From the NCBI GenBank assembly GCA_032128375.1, contig JAQBGU010000043.1:1-22120 (forward strand): a stretch of 22,120 bases of DNA, read 5' to 3'. The notes under the pieces are model-generated. The model was given only the letters and a program-made list of their open reading frames with translations. It was not told where the DNA came from and ran no database searches. The DNA comes from Deltaproteobacteria bacterium (GTDB lineage Bacteria > Myxococcota_A > UBA9160 > SMWR01). Below, one piece after another: positions 1 through 8,928 of this stretch (positions are counted from its first letter, which is position 1; each line of letters begins with the position of its first letter). The position numbers and the translations under genes are program-made.

Positions 1-2
1 TC

Positions 3-1595
3 CTCGTGTGGTGCCTGGCGCAGGCGCATCTGATGTTCGCCGCCTTCGTGCTGGGAGTGCCGATCTTCGCGCTGATCGCCGAGCTGATGGGCTTCTTCCT
101 CGAGGACCAGCGCTACGACGGGTTGGCCAAGGAGTTCACCCGCCTGCTGGCCATGAGCTACACGATCACTGCAACGTTAGGCGGTCTGCTGCTGGTGGCG
201 CTGGTTACGCTCTACCCCCGGTTCGTCGCCCACATGGAAAAAGTGTTCGACCCCACCTGGTCGTTCTATGTCCTGGCCATCTTCAGTGAGGCGCTGGTCG
301 CGTATCTCTACTGGTATACCTGGGACCTTCTGCAGGGGGCGCGCAAGGGTTGGCACATCTTCCTCGGCGTGCTCGTCAACTTGGGAGGGATCGCCATTCT
401 GTTCATCACCGACGCCTGGGCGGGCTACATGATGACTCCGAGCGGTGTAGAGGGAACCGGTACCGACGTTACGGTCACGAGTCTGTACGACGCCTTTGCG
501 AACTTCGCCTGGATGCCGCTGAACATCCACCGGATCCTGGCCAACGTGTGCTTCGGCGGGGCGATCGTAGGCGCCTATGCTGGCTTCCGCTTTCTGTCCG
601 CCACCAGCGACGACGAGCGGGAACGCTACGACTGGATGGGCTATGTCGGCAGCTTCATCGCCGTGGCTGCCTTCATCCCGCTGCCGTTCGCGGGTTACTA
701 CCTGGGCCTCGAGATCTACTCGTACAGCCAGCAGATGGGCGTGTCGATGATGGGCGGCTCCTTCGCCCAGTTGTGGATCCTGCAAGCCATCCTGATCGGT
801 TCGCTGTTTCTGGGAATCAATCTCTACCTGTGGCTGGCCATGGGCCGCATCCCAGGCGGCGAGCGTTATCGCAAGTACCAGGCGCCGGTGTTGGCAATGC
901 TGGCGACGGGCCTCGCGGTTTGGGCGACACCCCACACCATCATCGCCACGTTCGCCGAGATGAAGGCCATGGGCGCCGCCCATCACCCGAAGCTCGGCTT
1001 CCTGGGCGTCATGTCGGCGAAGAACACTGCCGTGAACTTGATGATTCTCGCCACGTTTCTGACGTTCATGCTCTACCGGAGGGGCAACAAGGAAGCGACG
1101 TCGTCGTTCGCCACCGCGGGCAAGGCGATCCAGGCGCTGGCCCTGCTGGCGGTCGGAGTGGGGATCGTCTGGATCGGCGTGTATGGCTACTTCGTCCCCG
1201 CCGCGATTCGGGTCGGGCTCTCGAAGTATCAGCCGATGATGGTCGCGGCGTTCATGATGCTGTTTCTGGCCCTCGAGGTCGCAGTCTACCGCGGGGCGAC
1301 GAGCCTGGGCGAGATCCGCTGGGGACAGATGCCGCGCGTGTCGCAGTACGTGCTGTTCTTCCTGGCCGTCACCTTCACCTGGCTGATGGGATTGATGGGC
1401 TACATCCGTTCCGGCATTCGCCAACATTGGCATGTGTATCAGGTGATGCGGGACACGAGCGATACGGCCTTCATCCCCTCTCACGGGTTCGCGACGATGG
1501 TCGTCTCGATCATCGTGATCGTGTTCTTCCTGCTTGTGTCGATGGTGTTTGCGTTGGCGATGCGCTCTGAGCTGAAGGAGCGACGGGCGAATTGA
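3..1595 (+). CDS. Cytochrome bd-like oxidase subunit I (CydA superfamily, Nitrospira-type/OR-N-like); 5' end lies outside the window
   Basis: Polytopic membrane protein; the frame is open to the window edge. AQAHLMFAAFVLG in TM1 (His like CydA H19), W..YMMTPSG, PLNIHRILAN (His like CydA H186), and a C-terminal MGYIRSGIRQHWHVY corresponding to CydA GRQPW. Confidence 0.85.
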   Translation, partial: LVWCLAQAHLMFAAFVLGVPIFALIAELMGFFLEDQRYDGLAKEFTRLLAMSYTITATLGGLLLVALVTLYPRFVAHMEKVFDPTWSFYVLAIFSEALVAYLYWYTWDLLQGARKGWHIFLGVLVNLGGIAILFITDAWAGYMMTPSGVEGTGTDVTVTSLYDAFANFAWMPLNIHRILANVCFGGAIVGAYAGFRFLSATSDDERERYDWMGYVGSFIAVAAFIPLPFAGYYLGLEIYSYSQQMGVSMMGGSFAQLWILQAILIGSLFLGINLYLWLAMGRIPGGERYRKYQAPVLAMLATGLAVWATPHTIIATFAEMKAMGAAHHPKLGFLGVMSAKNTAVNLMILATFLTFMLYRRGNKEATSSFATAGKAIQALALLAVGVGIVWIGVYGYFVPAAIRVGLSKYQPMMVAAFMMLFLALEVAVYRGATSLGEIRWGQMPRVSQYVLFFLAVTFTWLMGLMGYIRSGIRQHWHVYQVMRDTSDTAFIPSHGFATMVVSIIVIVFFLLVSMVFALAMRSELKERRAN

Positions 1596-2968
1596 CGGGG
1601 GTATTTCTCAGAATCCTGGGTTTCGTGATGCTGATCGCCGGGTTCTACGGGGGAATCGGTGGGTTGTGGTTGACCCAGTCAGAAGAACACCCAGCGCCCG
1701 AGCTGACGATCACGGTTGAGACCGACACCGACACGCTGGTGGGGATGGGCGAGACGCTGGTCAAGACAAAGGGCGGATGCTTGCTGTGCCACAAGATCAG
1801 CGAGCAGGGAAACACGCGCGGGCCGGACCTCCGAGGGGTCGGGGGCCGCGCCGCGAAGCGAAAACCCGGCCTGAGCGCGGAGGCCTATCTGATGGAGTCG
1901 CTTGTCGAGCCTGGGGCGTACGTCGTCGAAGAATTCGCCACGGCCGGAGGGGCGAGCATCATGCCTGCGGCGAATCTGCCGCCGGCCGACATGAGCGCGA
2001 CCGAGCTCAAGGCTTTGATCGCGTTTCTCCAGTCGATGAGTGGAGAGGTCACGGTCGAGATCACCGCACAGGATGTCAAGGCGGCCGAAACCCAGAAGCG
2101 GCGGGCGCCCTCCGACCCGGTGATCAGCCACCCGGGATTCGCCGTGCTCACCGCGCAGGGCTGCAGGGCATGCCACGACGTGATCGGAACTGCGCGGCTC
2201 GTGGGACCGCCGCTGACCAACGTTCGTGAGCGACTAACGCCCGCAGAGATCCGTCAGTCGATCCTCGATCCAAACGCGGTGATCGCGGAGGGCTTCCAGC
2301 CAAACCTGATGCTGCAGGACTTCGCCGACAAGCTGAACTCTGAGCAGCTGGACCAGCTCGTCAGCTATCTGTCCGGAGAGGTTTCCCTGCGTGAGCGCCT
2401 GTCCCACCCGGCGGCCCATCTCGCCTTCTTGATTCTGTTTTTCAATGCGGGCATCTACGCAGCCATTCGGATATCCCCAGCTGCGAATCAGCTGACCGCG
2501 CCCGGTGGACAAGTCGCGACGCGGCCCGCGAGCAAGCGGTCCTGGCGCCCGCTCGGCGTGTTGGTTTCCGCCAGCGTGATCGGTGTCGGGCTCTACCTGG
2601 GGCTCCGGGATGGATCTCCAAAGCATGCCGAGGAATCGACGGCGGCGGTCGAGCCGCTCGCGCCGACGGTCGCACCGATCGAGCCGGTGACCGCACCGGA
2701 CGGGAAGGCGCTGTTCGGCGTTACCTGCACGGCTTGCCACGGACCGGACGCGAAGGGGGTGCCCGGGTTGGGCAAGAACATGACGACCAGCGCATTCATC
2801 GGGTCGAAGTCCGACGCGGAGCTGGCGGAGTTCATCAAGCAGGGGCGGTCGATCGACGACCCGCTCAACACCACCGGGGTGCCCATGCCACCTATGGGAG
2901 CGAACCCGGCGCTCACCGACGGCGAGCTCATGGCGATCGTCCAATTCATTCGCTCGCTCCGCAACTGA
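1592..2968 (+). CDS. Membrane-anchored triheme cytochrome c
   Basis: Three CxxCH motifs (CLLCH, CRACH, CTACH), each followed by a candidate distal Met (SIMP, NLML, PMPPM). N-terminal TM plus two internal TM segments. TTG start overlaps the upstream stop (TTGA), with AAGGAG at 1575-1580. Confidence 0.88.
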   Translation: MTGVFLRILGFVMLIAGFYGGIGGLWLTQSEEHPAPELTITVETDTDTLVGMGETLVKTKGGCLLCHKISEQGNTRGPDLRGVGGRAAKRKPGLSAEAYLMESLVEPGAYVVEEFATAGGASIMPAANLPPADMSATELKALIAFLQSMSGEVTVEITAQDVKAAETQKRRAPSDPVISHPGFAVLTAQGCRACHDVIGTARLVGPPLTNVRERLTPAEIRQSILDPNAVIAEGFQPNLMLQDFADKLNSEQLDQLVSYLSGEVSLRERLSHPAAHLAFLILFFNAGIYAAIRISPAANQLTAPGGQVATRPASKRSWRPLGVLVSASVIGVGLYLGLRDGSPKHAEESTAAVEPLAPTVAPIEPVTAPDGKALFGVTCTACHGPDAKGVPGLGKNMTTSAFIGSKSDAELAEFIKQGRSIDDPLNTTGVPMPPMGANPALTDGELMAIVQFIRSLRN

Positions 2969-3006
2969 ACATTGGCAACCAACATAGGCAACTGACCGCA
3001 ACTGCC
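2961..3006. repeat. Short imperfect tandem repeat, four GCAAC-headed units
   Basis: GCAAC at 2961, 2975, 2988 and 2998 (gcaactgaacattg / gcaaccaacatag / gcaactgacc / gcaactgcc). Confidence 0.45.
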
Positions 3007-3039
3007 ATCGAGGAAAAGCCGTCGTGACTGAGCAATCGA

Positions 3040-3774
3040 ATGCGTAGATTGGTGCTGCCGCTGTCGATACTCACCTGGCTCGCTGTCTGGGCAGCGCTCA
3101 GGTTCGGCGTCCAGCCCCCCATCCCAGGGCAGGTGATGGGCCTCTATATGGCGATCACCAGCGTGGCGATTCTCGTCTTCCTCGTGGCCGACCAGGCTCG
3201 CTTCCAGGCTTTCCTCTCCCCCGTCGTCGCGCTGCTGCGGGAGAAGCGGCTCGCCGTACCCAGAATCCTGAGTCTGATCGCCCTCCCACTGCTGCTCGGC
3301 TGGTTCACGTACACCCGCGTTCGACCTCAGTTCGACCCGCCCTTCGAAGCGCGGATCATCCACCCCGAACCGCCGTCCACATTCAAGCTCAACGGAAAGG
3401 CCTTCGACGTGCTCGGTGCCCGACGACCGCCTGGAATGGAAGCCAACGAAGAGAATCTCGCCGCGGGGAAACGACTCTACTACCGCAATTGCATGCACTG
3501 CCACGGGGACTACTTGAATGGGGCCGGTCATTTCGCCGATGCGCTGAACCCACTGCCCGCGAACTTCCGCGACCAGGGCACGATCTCCCAATTGGAGGAG
3601 GGTTACATCTACTGGCGGATCGCCACCGGTGGGCCGGGTTTGCCAGATGGGGCGACGCCTTGGAACTCCGCCATGCCGGTCTGGCAGGACTTCTTGAGCG
3701 AAGAGGAGATCTGGCAGGTCATCACCTACATCTACGCCGCCTCCGGCTCGACGCCGCGGACCTGGGAGCACTGA
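3040..3774 (+). CDS. Membrane-bound monoheme cytochrome c
   Basis: Three N-terminal hydrophobic segments, then CMHCHG..LNG.G..A..L.P.P.NF and a distal SAMP; class I (cbb3-III-like) cytochrome c fold. Confidence 0.88.
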   Translation: MRRLVLPLSILTWLAVWAALRFGVQPPIPGQVMGLYMAITSVAILVFLVADQARFQAFLSPVVALLREKRLAVPRILSLIALPLLLGWFTYTRVRPQFDPPFEARIIHPEPPSTFKLNGKAFDVLGARRPPGMEANEENLAAGKRLYYRNCMHCHGDYLNGAGHFADALNPLPANFRDQGTISQLEEGYIYWRIATGGPGLPDGATPWNSAMPVWQDFLSEEEIWQVITYIYAASGSTPRTWEH

Positions 3775-5315
3775 TGGTGAGTGCACGCCGCTGGATCTTG
3801 CTGCTGGCCGGCTTGCTTCTGTCACCTGGCCTCGCGCACGCGCAGGATTTCGCAGCAAAGGGATTCAAGCTCGCGCCGACGACGCCGCGCGAATCCACAC
3901 CGCAGGACGTCGCGGCCGGCAAGGAGTTGTATGCGGAGAACTGCTCGCAGTGTCACGGTGCGAAGGGAGACGGGCGGGGCGCAATGGCCGATCTGCTGGA
4001 TCCTCGCCCGCGTGACTTTCGTCGGGCCATCTACAAGATCCGCCAAACTCCGCAAGGCGATCTGCCGACCGATGAGGATCTGTTTCGGATCGTGAGTAAC
4101 GGCATGGCCGGGACCTCGATGCCGCCGTGGCGGGGTCTTCTGAGCGAAGCGCAGATCTGGCAGCTCGTCGATTATGTCAAGAGCTTCAGTGAGGATTTTG
4201 CCGACTACCCCGCCGAGCAACAGTTCCTGCTCGAAGGCGTGGTCGATTCCACGCCCGAGAGCATCGCGCGCGGTGCGACCGTCTACGAGAAGGCCGAATG
4301 TGCCAAGTGCCACGGCGCGCGCGGACGCGGCAACGGACCCTCGGCAGCGACGCTCGAGGACGAGTGGGAATCTCGAATCTACCCCGCGAACCTGACCCAG
4401 CCCTGGACGTTGCGCGGCGGCAGCTCCGTCGAAGATTTGTATCGAACGGTTGCCACCGGTGTGAACGGGACGCCGATGCCATCGTTCTCGGATGCTTGGA
4501 GCTCGGAGGACCTGTGGCATCTCGCGAACTATCTCCACAGCATCGGTCGCGAGCCCGTGTGGGGAGAAATCAGCCGGGCCCGAAACAGCGATTCCATTCC
4601 TGACGATCCCTTCGACCCAGCCTGGGACCAGGCCCCGCCGCTCGACGTCCGTCTCGCCGGCCAGATCATCCAGGAGCCCCGCTTGTTCAACCCCTCGGTC
4701 CGGAGCTTGACGGTACGGGCCCTGTTCGACGCAGAAGAACTGGGGCTGCTGTTGGTCTGGGACGATCGGTTCGAGAACAGCGGGGATGGCGAGCCCGGTG
4801 ACCGTGTGTCGGTGCTGTTCCCGGCGCAGCAGTTGGAGGAAGCCGTGAAGCCGTACTTCCTGATGGGAGACCGCAGGCGTCCGGTCGACAGCTGGCAGTG
4901 GAGTGCGACCCGCGGAGCCGAGACGTTCCTCGCTCGCGGTATGGACGTGGTGACACCCAGGACCTCGCCGGTAACGGCGAAGGGTTCGTATCGCGACGGG
5001 CAGTACCGAGTGGCCCTGCGTCGGAATCTCGCGTCAAGCCAGGACGACGAAATCGCGTTCGCTGCGGGCCGTATGATCCCAATCGCCTTCAACGTGTGGG
5101 ATGGCGAAAATGCAGAAGAGGGCAAGCAGCGAGCAATCTCGCGCTGGTACTATCTCTTGCTCGAGCCCGAAACCCCCTGGACGACATGGGTATGGCCGCT
5201 CATCGTAGTGATCCTGACCGGCGGAGGCGAGGTGGTGGGTCTGAGTAGACTCAGACGGCAATGGGCAAGCCGGCAGTCCGAGCCCGCGGCGCCCACGGAG
5301 GTCTCGCTGACGTGA
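3774..5315 (+). CDS. Diheme cytochrome c fused to an ethylbenzene dehydrogenase gamma-like (EB_dh, DMSO reductase type II heme b) domain, with a C-terminal membrane anchor
   Basis: ATG at 3774 overlaps the upstream stop (TGATG). Signal peptide ends in AHA. CSQCH and CAKCH have distal GTSMP and GTPMP. The C-terminal domain has WDQAP..V.L.GQ, L.VRAL.D...L..L.W.D and IAFNVWDG...E; hydrophobic C-terminal helix. The ORF-track start at 3489 is an overlap extension. Confidence 0.82.
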   Translation: MVSARRWILLLAGLLLSPGLAHAQDFAAKGFKLAPTTPRESTPQDVAAGKELYAENCSQCHGAKGDGRGAMADLLDPRPRDFRRAIYKIRQTPQGDLPTDEDLFRIVSNGMAGTSMPPWRGLLSEAQIWQLVDYVKSFSEDFADYPAEQQFLLEGVVDSTPESIARGATVYEKAECAKCHGARGRGNGPSAATLEDEWESRIYPANLTQPWTLRGGSSVEDLYRTVATGVNGTPMPSFSDAWSSEDLWHLANYLHSIGREPVWGEISRARNSDSIPDDPFDPAWDQAPPLDVRLAGQIIQEPRLFNPSVRSLTVRALFDAEELGLLLVWDDRFENSGDGEPGDRVSVLFPAQQLEEAVKPYFLMGDRRRPVDSWQWSATRGAETFLARGMDVVTPRTSPVTAKGSYRDGQYRVALRRNLASSQDDEIAFAAGRMIPIAFNVWDGENAEEGKQRAISRWYYLLLEPETPWTTWVWPLIVVILTGGGEVVGLSRLRRQWASRQSEPAAPTEVSLT

Positions 5316-6799
5316 GGGTGGTCGATTCGACGAAGTTTTTCGACGTGGTCGTCGCCGGCGGAGGACTGAGCGGTCTGGCCGTCGCCGAAGCGATCCTGCG
5401 ACGTGTACCACGGACCCGTGTTCTGTGTCTGGAAGCGCGAGAACGCATCGGCGGCTGCATTCGGACGATCCGGCGGGATGGCTTCGTGATGGAGGCAGGA
5501 CCAGCGGGGTTCCTCGACAGGACGGGTGCGATGCGACGGCTCGCAGCCGCCCTCGGGATGGAAGACCGGCTCATCCAGTCGGATGCTGGGAAGCAGCTTC
5601 GATGGGTGCAGAGGGGCGGCCGGCTCCACCGGTTTCCGTCTTCGGTCGGCGGCTTCCTGCGCAGCGATCTACTGAGCGCACGCGGCAAGTTGCGCATGCT
5701 TCTCGAGCCGTTCCAGACCCAACAGCAGGGTGAGGAGACGGTCGACGCATTCGCGACTCGCCGACTGGGTTCAGAGGCCGCACAGGTACTCGTCGATCCG
5801 ATCGTGTCTGGCATTTACGCCGCGGACGCAGCGCAGGTGAGCCTGCAGGCCTCGCTGCCCGAGCTGGCAGCCATCGCCAGTAGCAAGCGCTTGCTGTTGT
5901 CCACGTTCCTGCGTTCCACCGGTAAGGTCAACCCGCTGATCTCGTTTCGCGATGGTTGCGAGGAGCTGATCGACAAGTTGCAGCTCCGGGTCCTCTCGAC
6001 CGCGTTCGGTTCGATCCGCTGCGACGCGCCCATCGAGGCCGTTGGGGGGGCCGATGGCAACGGAGTCGGATTTCGCGTTCGCGTCGGAGGCGCCCATCCA
6101 GAGCAGATTCATTGTCGGGCCTTCGTGTCGGCCGCCCCTGCCAACGCCGCTTCGCGATTCTTCACCCCCCTCGATGCGAACATCGCATGGCAGCTGGCCC
6201 AGGTCCGCTACGCATCGGTGGCAGTGATCTCACTCGGTTACCGCCGAGAAGACGTGCCCCACCCCCTGCGCGGATTCGGCTACCTGATCCCCAGCTGCGA
6301 GGATTCACCCGTTCTGGGCGTGCAGTGGAGTAGCTCGATCTATCCAGGCCAGCGAGCTCCAATGGGTAGCTGCGAACTGCGACTCTTCATCGGAGGTGCG
6401 CTGCATCCCACACGGGTGCGCGAGCCCGACGCTGACCTGAACGCCATTGCCGCCGCAGAGCTGCGTCGCACCCTCGGGATTCGTGCAACGCCGATGGTGT
6501 GCGAGGTTCACCGACACACCGAAGCGATGCCTCAGTACCTGCTCGAACACGGAAAGCGAGTCGAAGACATAGAACGCCGTTCGCAGCAGCATCCCGGCTT
6601 GTTCATCGGTGGCAACGGCATGCGGGGATTGGGAATGGATTCCCTGGTGCGCGACGCCGAGCTTCAAGCCGAAGCCGTGGTCCAACATCTCGATAGCTCG
6701 GCTCACGCTCATTTCGACGCATCACTTCATCCCGACCGGGTTGTCAGCTCGTCGGGTACACGAGTACCTTACAAGGGCGACAGCTCGCTCAATCCCTGA
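5312..6799 (+). CDS. hemG: HemY-family protoporphyrinogen/coproporphyrinogen oxidase (FAD-dependent)
   Basis: VVVAGGGLSGL FAD motif, EARERIGG, E.GP..F, ETV..F..RRLG, P.VSGIYAAD, GFGYLIP, AMPQY..GH-like, GN...G.G. GTG start at 5312 overlaps the upstream stop (GTGA). Confidence 0.9.
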   Translation: MRVVDSTKFFDVVVAGGGLSGLAVAEAILRRVPRTRVLCLEARERIGGCIRTIRRDGFVMEAGPAGFLDRTGAMRRLAAALGMEDRLIQSDAGKQLRWVQRGGRLHRFPSSVGGFLRSDLLSARGKLRMLLEPFQTQQQGEETVDAFATRRLGSEAAQVLVDPIVSGIYAADAAQVSLQASLPELAAIASSKRLLLSTFLRSTGKVNPLISFRDGCEELIDKLQLRVLSTAFGSIRCDAPIEAVGGADGNGVGFRVRVGGAHPEQIHCRAFVSAAPANAASRFFTPLDANIAWQLAQVRYASVAVISLGYRREDVPHPLRGFGYLIPSCEDSPVLGVQWSSSIYPGQRAPMGSCELRLFIGGALHPTRVREPDADLNAIAAAELRRTLGIRATPMVCEVHRHTEAMPQYLLEHGKRVEDIERRSQQHPGLFIGGNGMRGLGMDSLVRDAELQAEAVVQHLDSSAHAHFDASLHPDRVVSSSGTRVPYKGDSSLNP

Positions 6800-6813
6800 C
6801 CGCGGAGGCATCG

Positions 6814-8895
6814 ATGTACAAGAAGATCTACGTGCCGGTCGACAACTCGACTCATTCCAACCAGGCCATCGAATCCGCGGTACGCGTCGGCAAGGCCTTC
6901 GGCTGCGAGATGGTGGGCTGTCACGTCTACGCGGCGAAGATGCACGACTACCGCTTCAAGCAGATGGAGTACTCGCTCCCAGAGGAGTACCTGGAGGAGA
7001 ACGAACTCGAGCGGCAGCGCAAGATCCACGACAGCCTGATTACTCTCGGGCTGGAGTTGATCTCGGACAGTTACGTCGAGAACATGAAGCAGCTATGCGA
7101 ATGCGAGGGTCTGCGCTTCGAAGGCCGCATGATCGACGGGAAACACCACGTCGAGATTCGTCGGGATCTTATGGGGTCGGACTGCGACCTGGTCGTGCTG
7201 GGAGCGCTGGGCCTCGGACGCCAGCGCGACAGCCAGATCGGCTCGGTCTGCGAGCGTGTGACCCGTTCTTGTCGCCAGGACGTCTGGGTCGTCAAGCACC
7301 TGCCGGCGAAACAAGAGCCGGAACGCGACACGATCCTCGTCGGCATCGACGGCAGCCCGCAGTCTTTCGGGGCGCTCGAGACAGCGCTGGAGCTGGCACG
7401 AGAGTTCCACAAGCGGGTGGAACTCATCGGCGTCTACGACCCCTACTTACACTACAACGTGTTCAACAGCTTGGTCGGGACCCTCACCGACAAGGCGGCG
7501 AAAGTCTTCCGCTTCGAAGAGCAGAATCAGCTCCACGAGGAGATCATCGACACTGGCCTCGCGCAGATCTACCAGTCCCACCTGGAAGTCGCACAGCAGA
7601 TGGCGGGCAGCGAGGGAATGGAGGTCGCTAAGACCCTCCTGGACGGCAAGACTTTTCAGAAGATCCACGACCACGCGCGCAAGTCCAAGCCTTGGCTGCT
7701 CGTGCTGGGTCGGATCGGGGTTCACAGCGATCCCGGCGACCTGGAGCTCGGGAGTACCACGGAGAACCTGCTGCGCCTGGCCGACTGCGACGTTCTGCTG
7801 ACCACGCGACTTGCCCGCCCGGAACTCGATGTCCGAGCAGAGAAGAGCATCCGCTGGACCCCACAAGCCGAGGAGCGAATGGAGCGCATTCCCAAGCTGG
7901 TCGTCGGCATCGCACGTACTGCGATCCTCCGTTTGGCGCTCGAGCAGGGTCACAGCGTCGTCACCAGTTCGTTGCTGGACGAAGCGATGGCGCGTTTCAT
8001 GCCCAAGCAGGCCCCGCTGACCAAGCTGGCCGAAGCGGTCGCCATCGGACGGTCGCAGGAACAGGCTGTGGCGGTTTGCAACAGCTGTGGGCTGACCGCC
8101 CGCGAGCCGGACCCCGCGCTGTGTAGCGTGTGCGGCGCCACGAGCTTCGAGATCCTGACGACCGAGATGGTCGAGAGCCTGGTCAAGAGCGAGGGAGGGG
8201 CCGACGAAGAGGCCAGTTACGACGGGCGGAAGCTCCAGTGGACCAAGGAAGCCCGCTACGCGCTTCGCGCTGTCGACGAGGCCTATCTCCGGCGGCGCAC
8301 ACGGGCGCGGATCGAGAAGTCGGCCCGGCTGCGTCGGCTCAAGGTCGTGACGCTCGAGTTCGCCCAGAATCTGATCGAGGAGGAGACCGGCCTGCCGCTC
8401 GTCGCTGCGCCGGCACACGACGCGGACCCCTCGCATGCGATGCCCGAGTCCAGCGCGGATGGCGAGGCGGATGGGAAGCGGTTGATCGGTCGCGATGCAC
8501 ACGGTGCCCCGCTGTTTTCAGAATTCGAGTGGACCGCGGACGCGACCGCGCGCATCGCGCGTGTTCCATCCGGCTTCATGCGGGACCGGACCCAGGGGCG
8601 AATCGAGGAGCTGGCGCGCCAGCAGGGGGGCGGGCTGATCGACCTCGAGCGCGTCGAGGCCGGGATCGAACTGGGACTGCAGATGATGAGCGAGATGGTC
8701 GCCCAGAACGACGCCAAGTCTGGACAGGAGCGCGAAGTCCAGGGCATCGCGGCGGCGCGATGCCCGGTCGTGACCCGTCGCGATTCCGGGCGAAGCGGCA
8801 ACCGTGGGGAGCCACTGAACGAGGTGACCCCGGTCAACGAGCTGGCGGCGATTCGAATGCTCCTGGCCCAGCAAGAGGGACCCGGGGAGAACTAG
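6814..8895 (+). CDS. Universal stress protein (two USP domains) fused to three PCP_red-like modules and a rubredoxin-like CxxC/CxxC ribbon
   Basis: YKKIYVPVDNS and ILVGIDGS starts of the USP domains; DLVVLGALG...IGSVCERV and LVLGRIG...LGSTTENL USP signatures. W-T-x-x-A modules at ~7849-7989, ~8233-8376 and ~8524-8667. CNSC...CSVC at 8077-8133. GGAGG RBS. Confidence 0.85.
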   Translation: MYKKIYVPVDNSTHSNQAIESAVRVGKAFGCEMVGCHVYAAKMHDYRFKQMEYSLPEEYLEENELERQRKIHDSLITLGLELISDSYVENMKQLCECEGLRFEGRMIDGKHHVEIRRDLMGSDCDLVVLGALGLGRQRDSQIGSVCERVTRSCRQDVWVVKHLPAKQEPERDTILVGIDGSPQSFGALETALELAREFHKRVELIGVYDPYLHYNVFNSLVGTLTDKAAKVFRFEEQNQLHEEIIDTGLAQIYQSHLEVAQQMAGSEGMEVAKTLLDGKTFQKIHDHARKSKPWLLVLGRIGVHSDPGDLELGSTTENLLRLADCDVLLTTRLARPELDVRAEKSIRWTPQAEERMERIPKLVVGIARTAILRLALEQGHSVVTSSLLDEAMARFMPKQAPLTKLAEAVAIGRSQEQAVAVCNSCGLTAREPDPALCSVCGATSFEILTTEMVESLVKSEGGADEEASYDGRKLQWTKEARYALRAVDEAYLRRRTRARIEKSARLRRLKVVTLEFAQNLIEEETGLPLVAAPAHDADPSHAMPESSADGEADGKRLIGRDAHGAPLFSEFEWTADATARIARVPSGFMRDRTQGRIEELARQQGGGLIDLERVEAGIELGLQMMSEMVAQNDAKSGQEREVQGIAAARCPVVTRRDSGRSGNRGEPLNEVTPVNELAAIRMLLAQQEGPGEN

Positions 8896-8928
8896 ATCGG
8901 TTTCTCGTCGAACGGATGCGTCTGGACA

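Noticed and set aside
3489..3773. N-terminal extension of the 608-aa ORF
   Set aside because: It overlaps the upstream cytochrome gene in another frame; the signal peptide begins at ATG 3774.
3774..5315. Nitrite oxidation inferred from the NxrC-like protein
   Set aside because: No nxrA/nxrB is in the window, and EB_dh domains serve many different enzymes.
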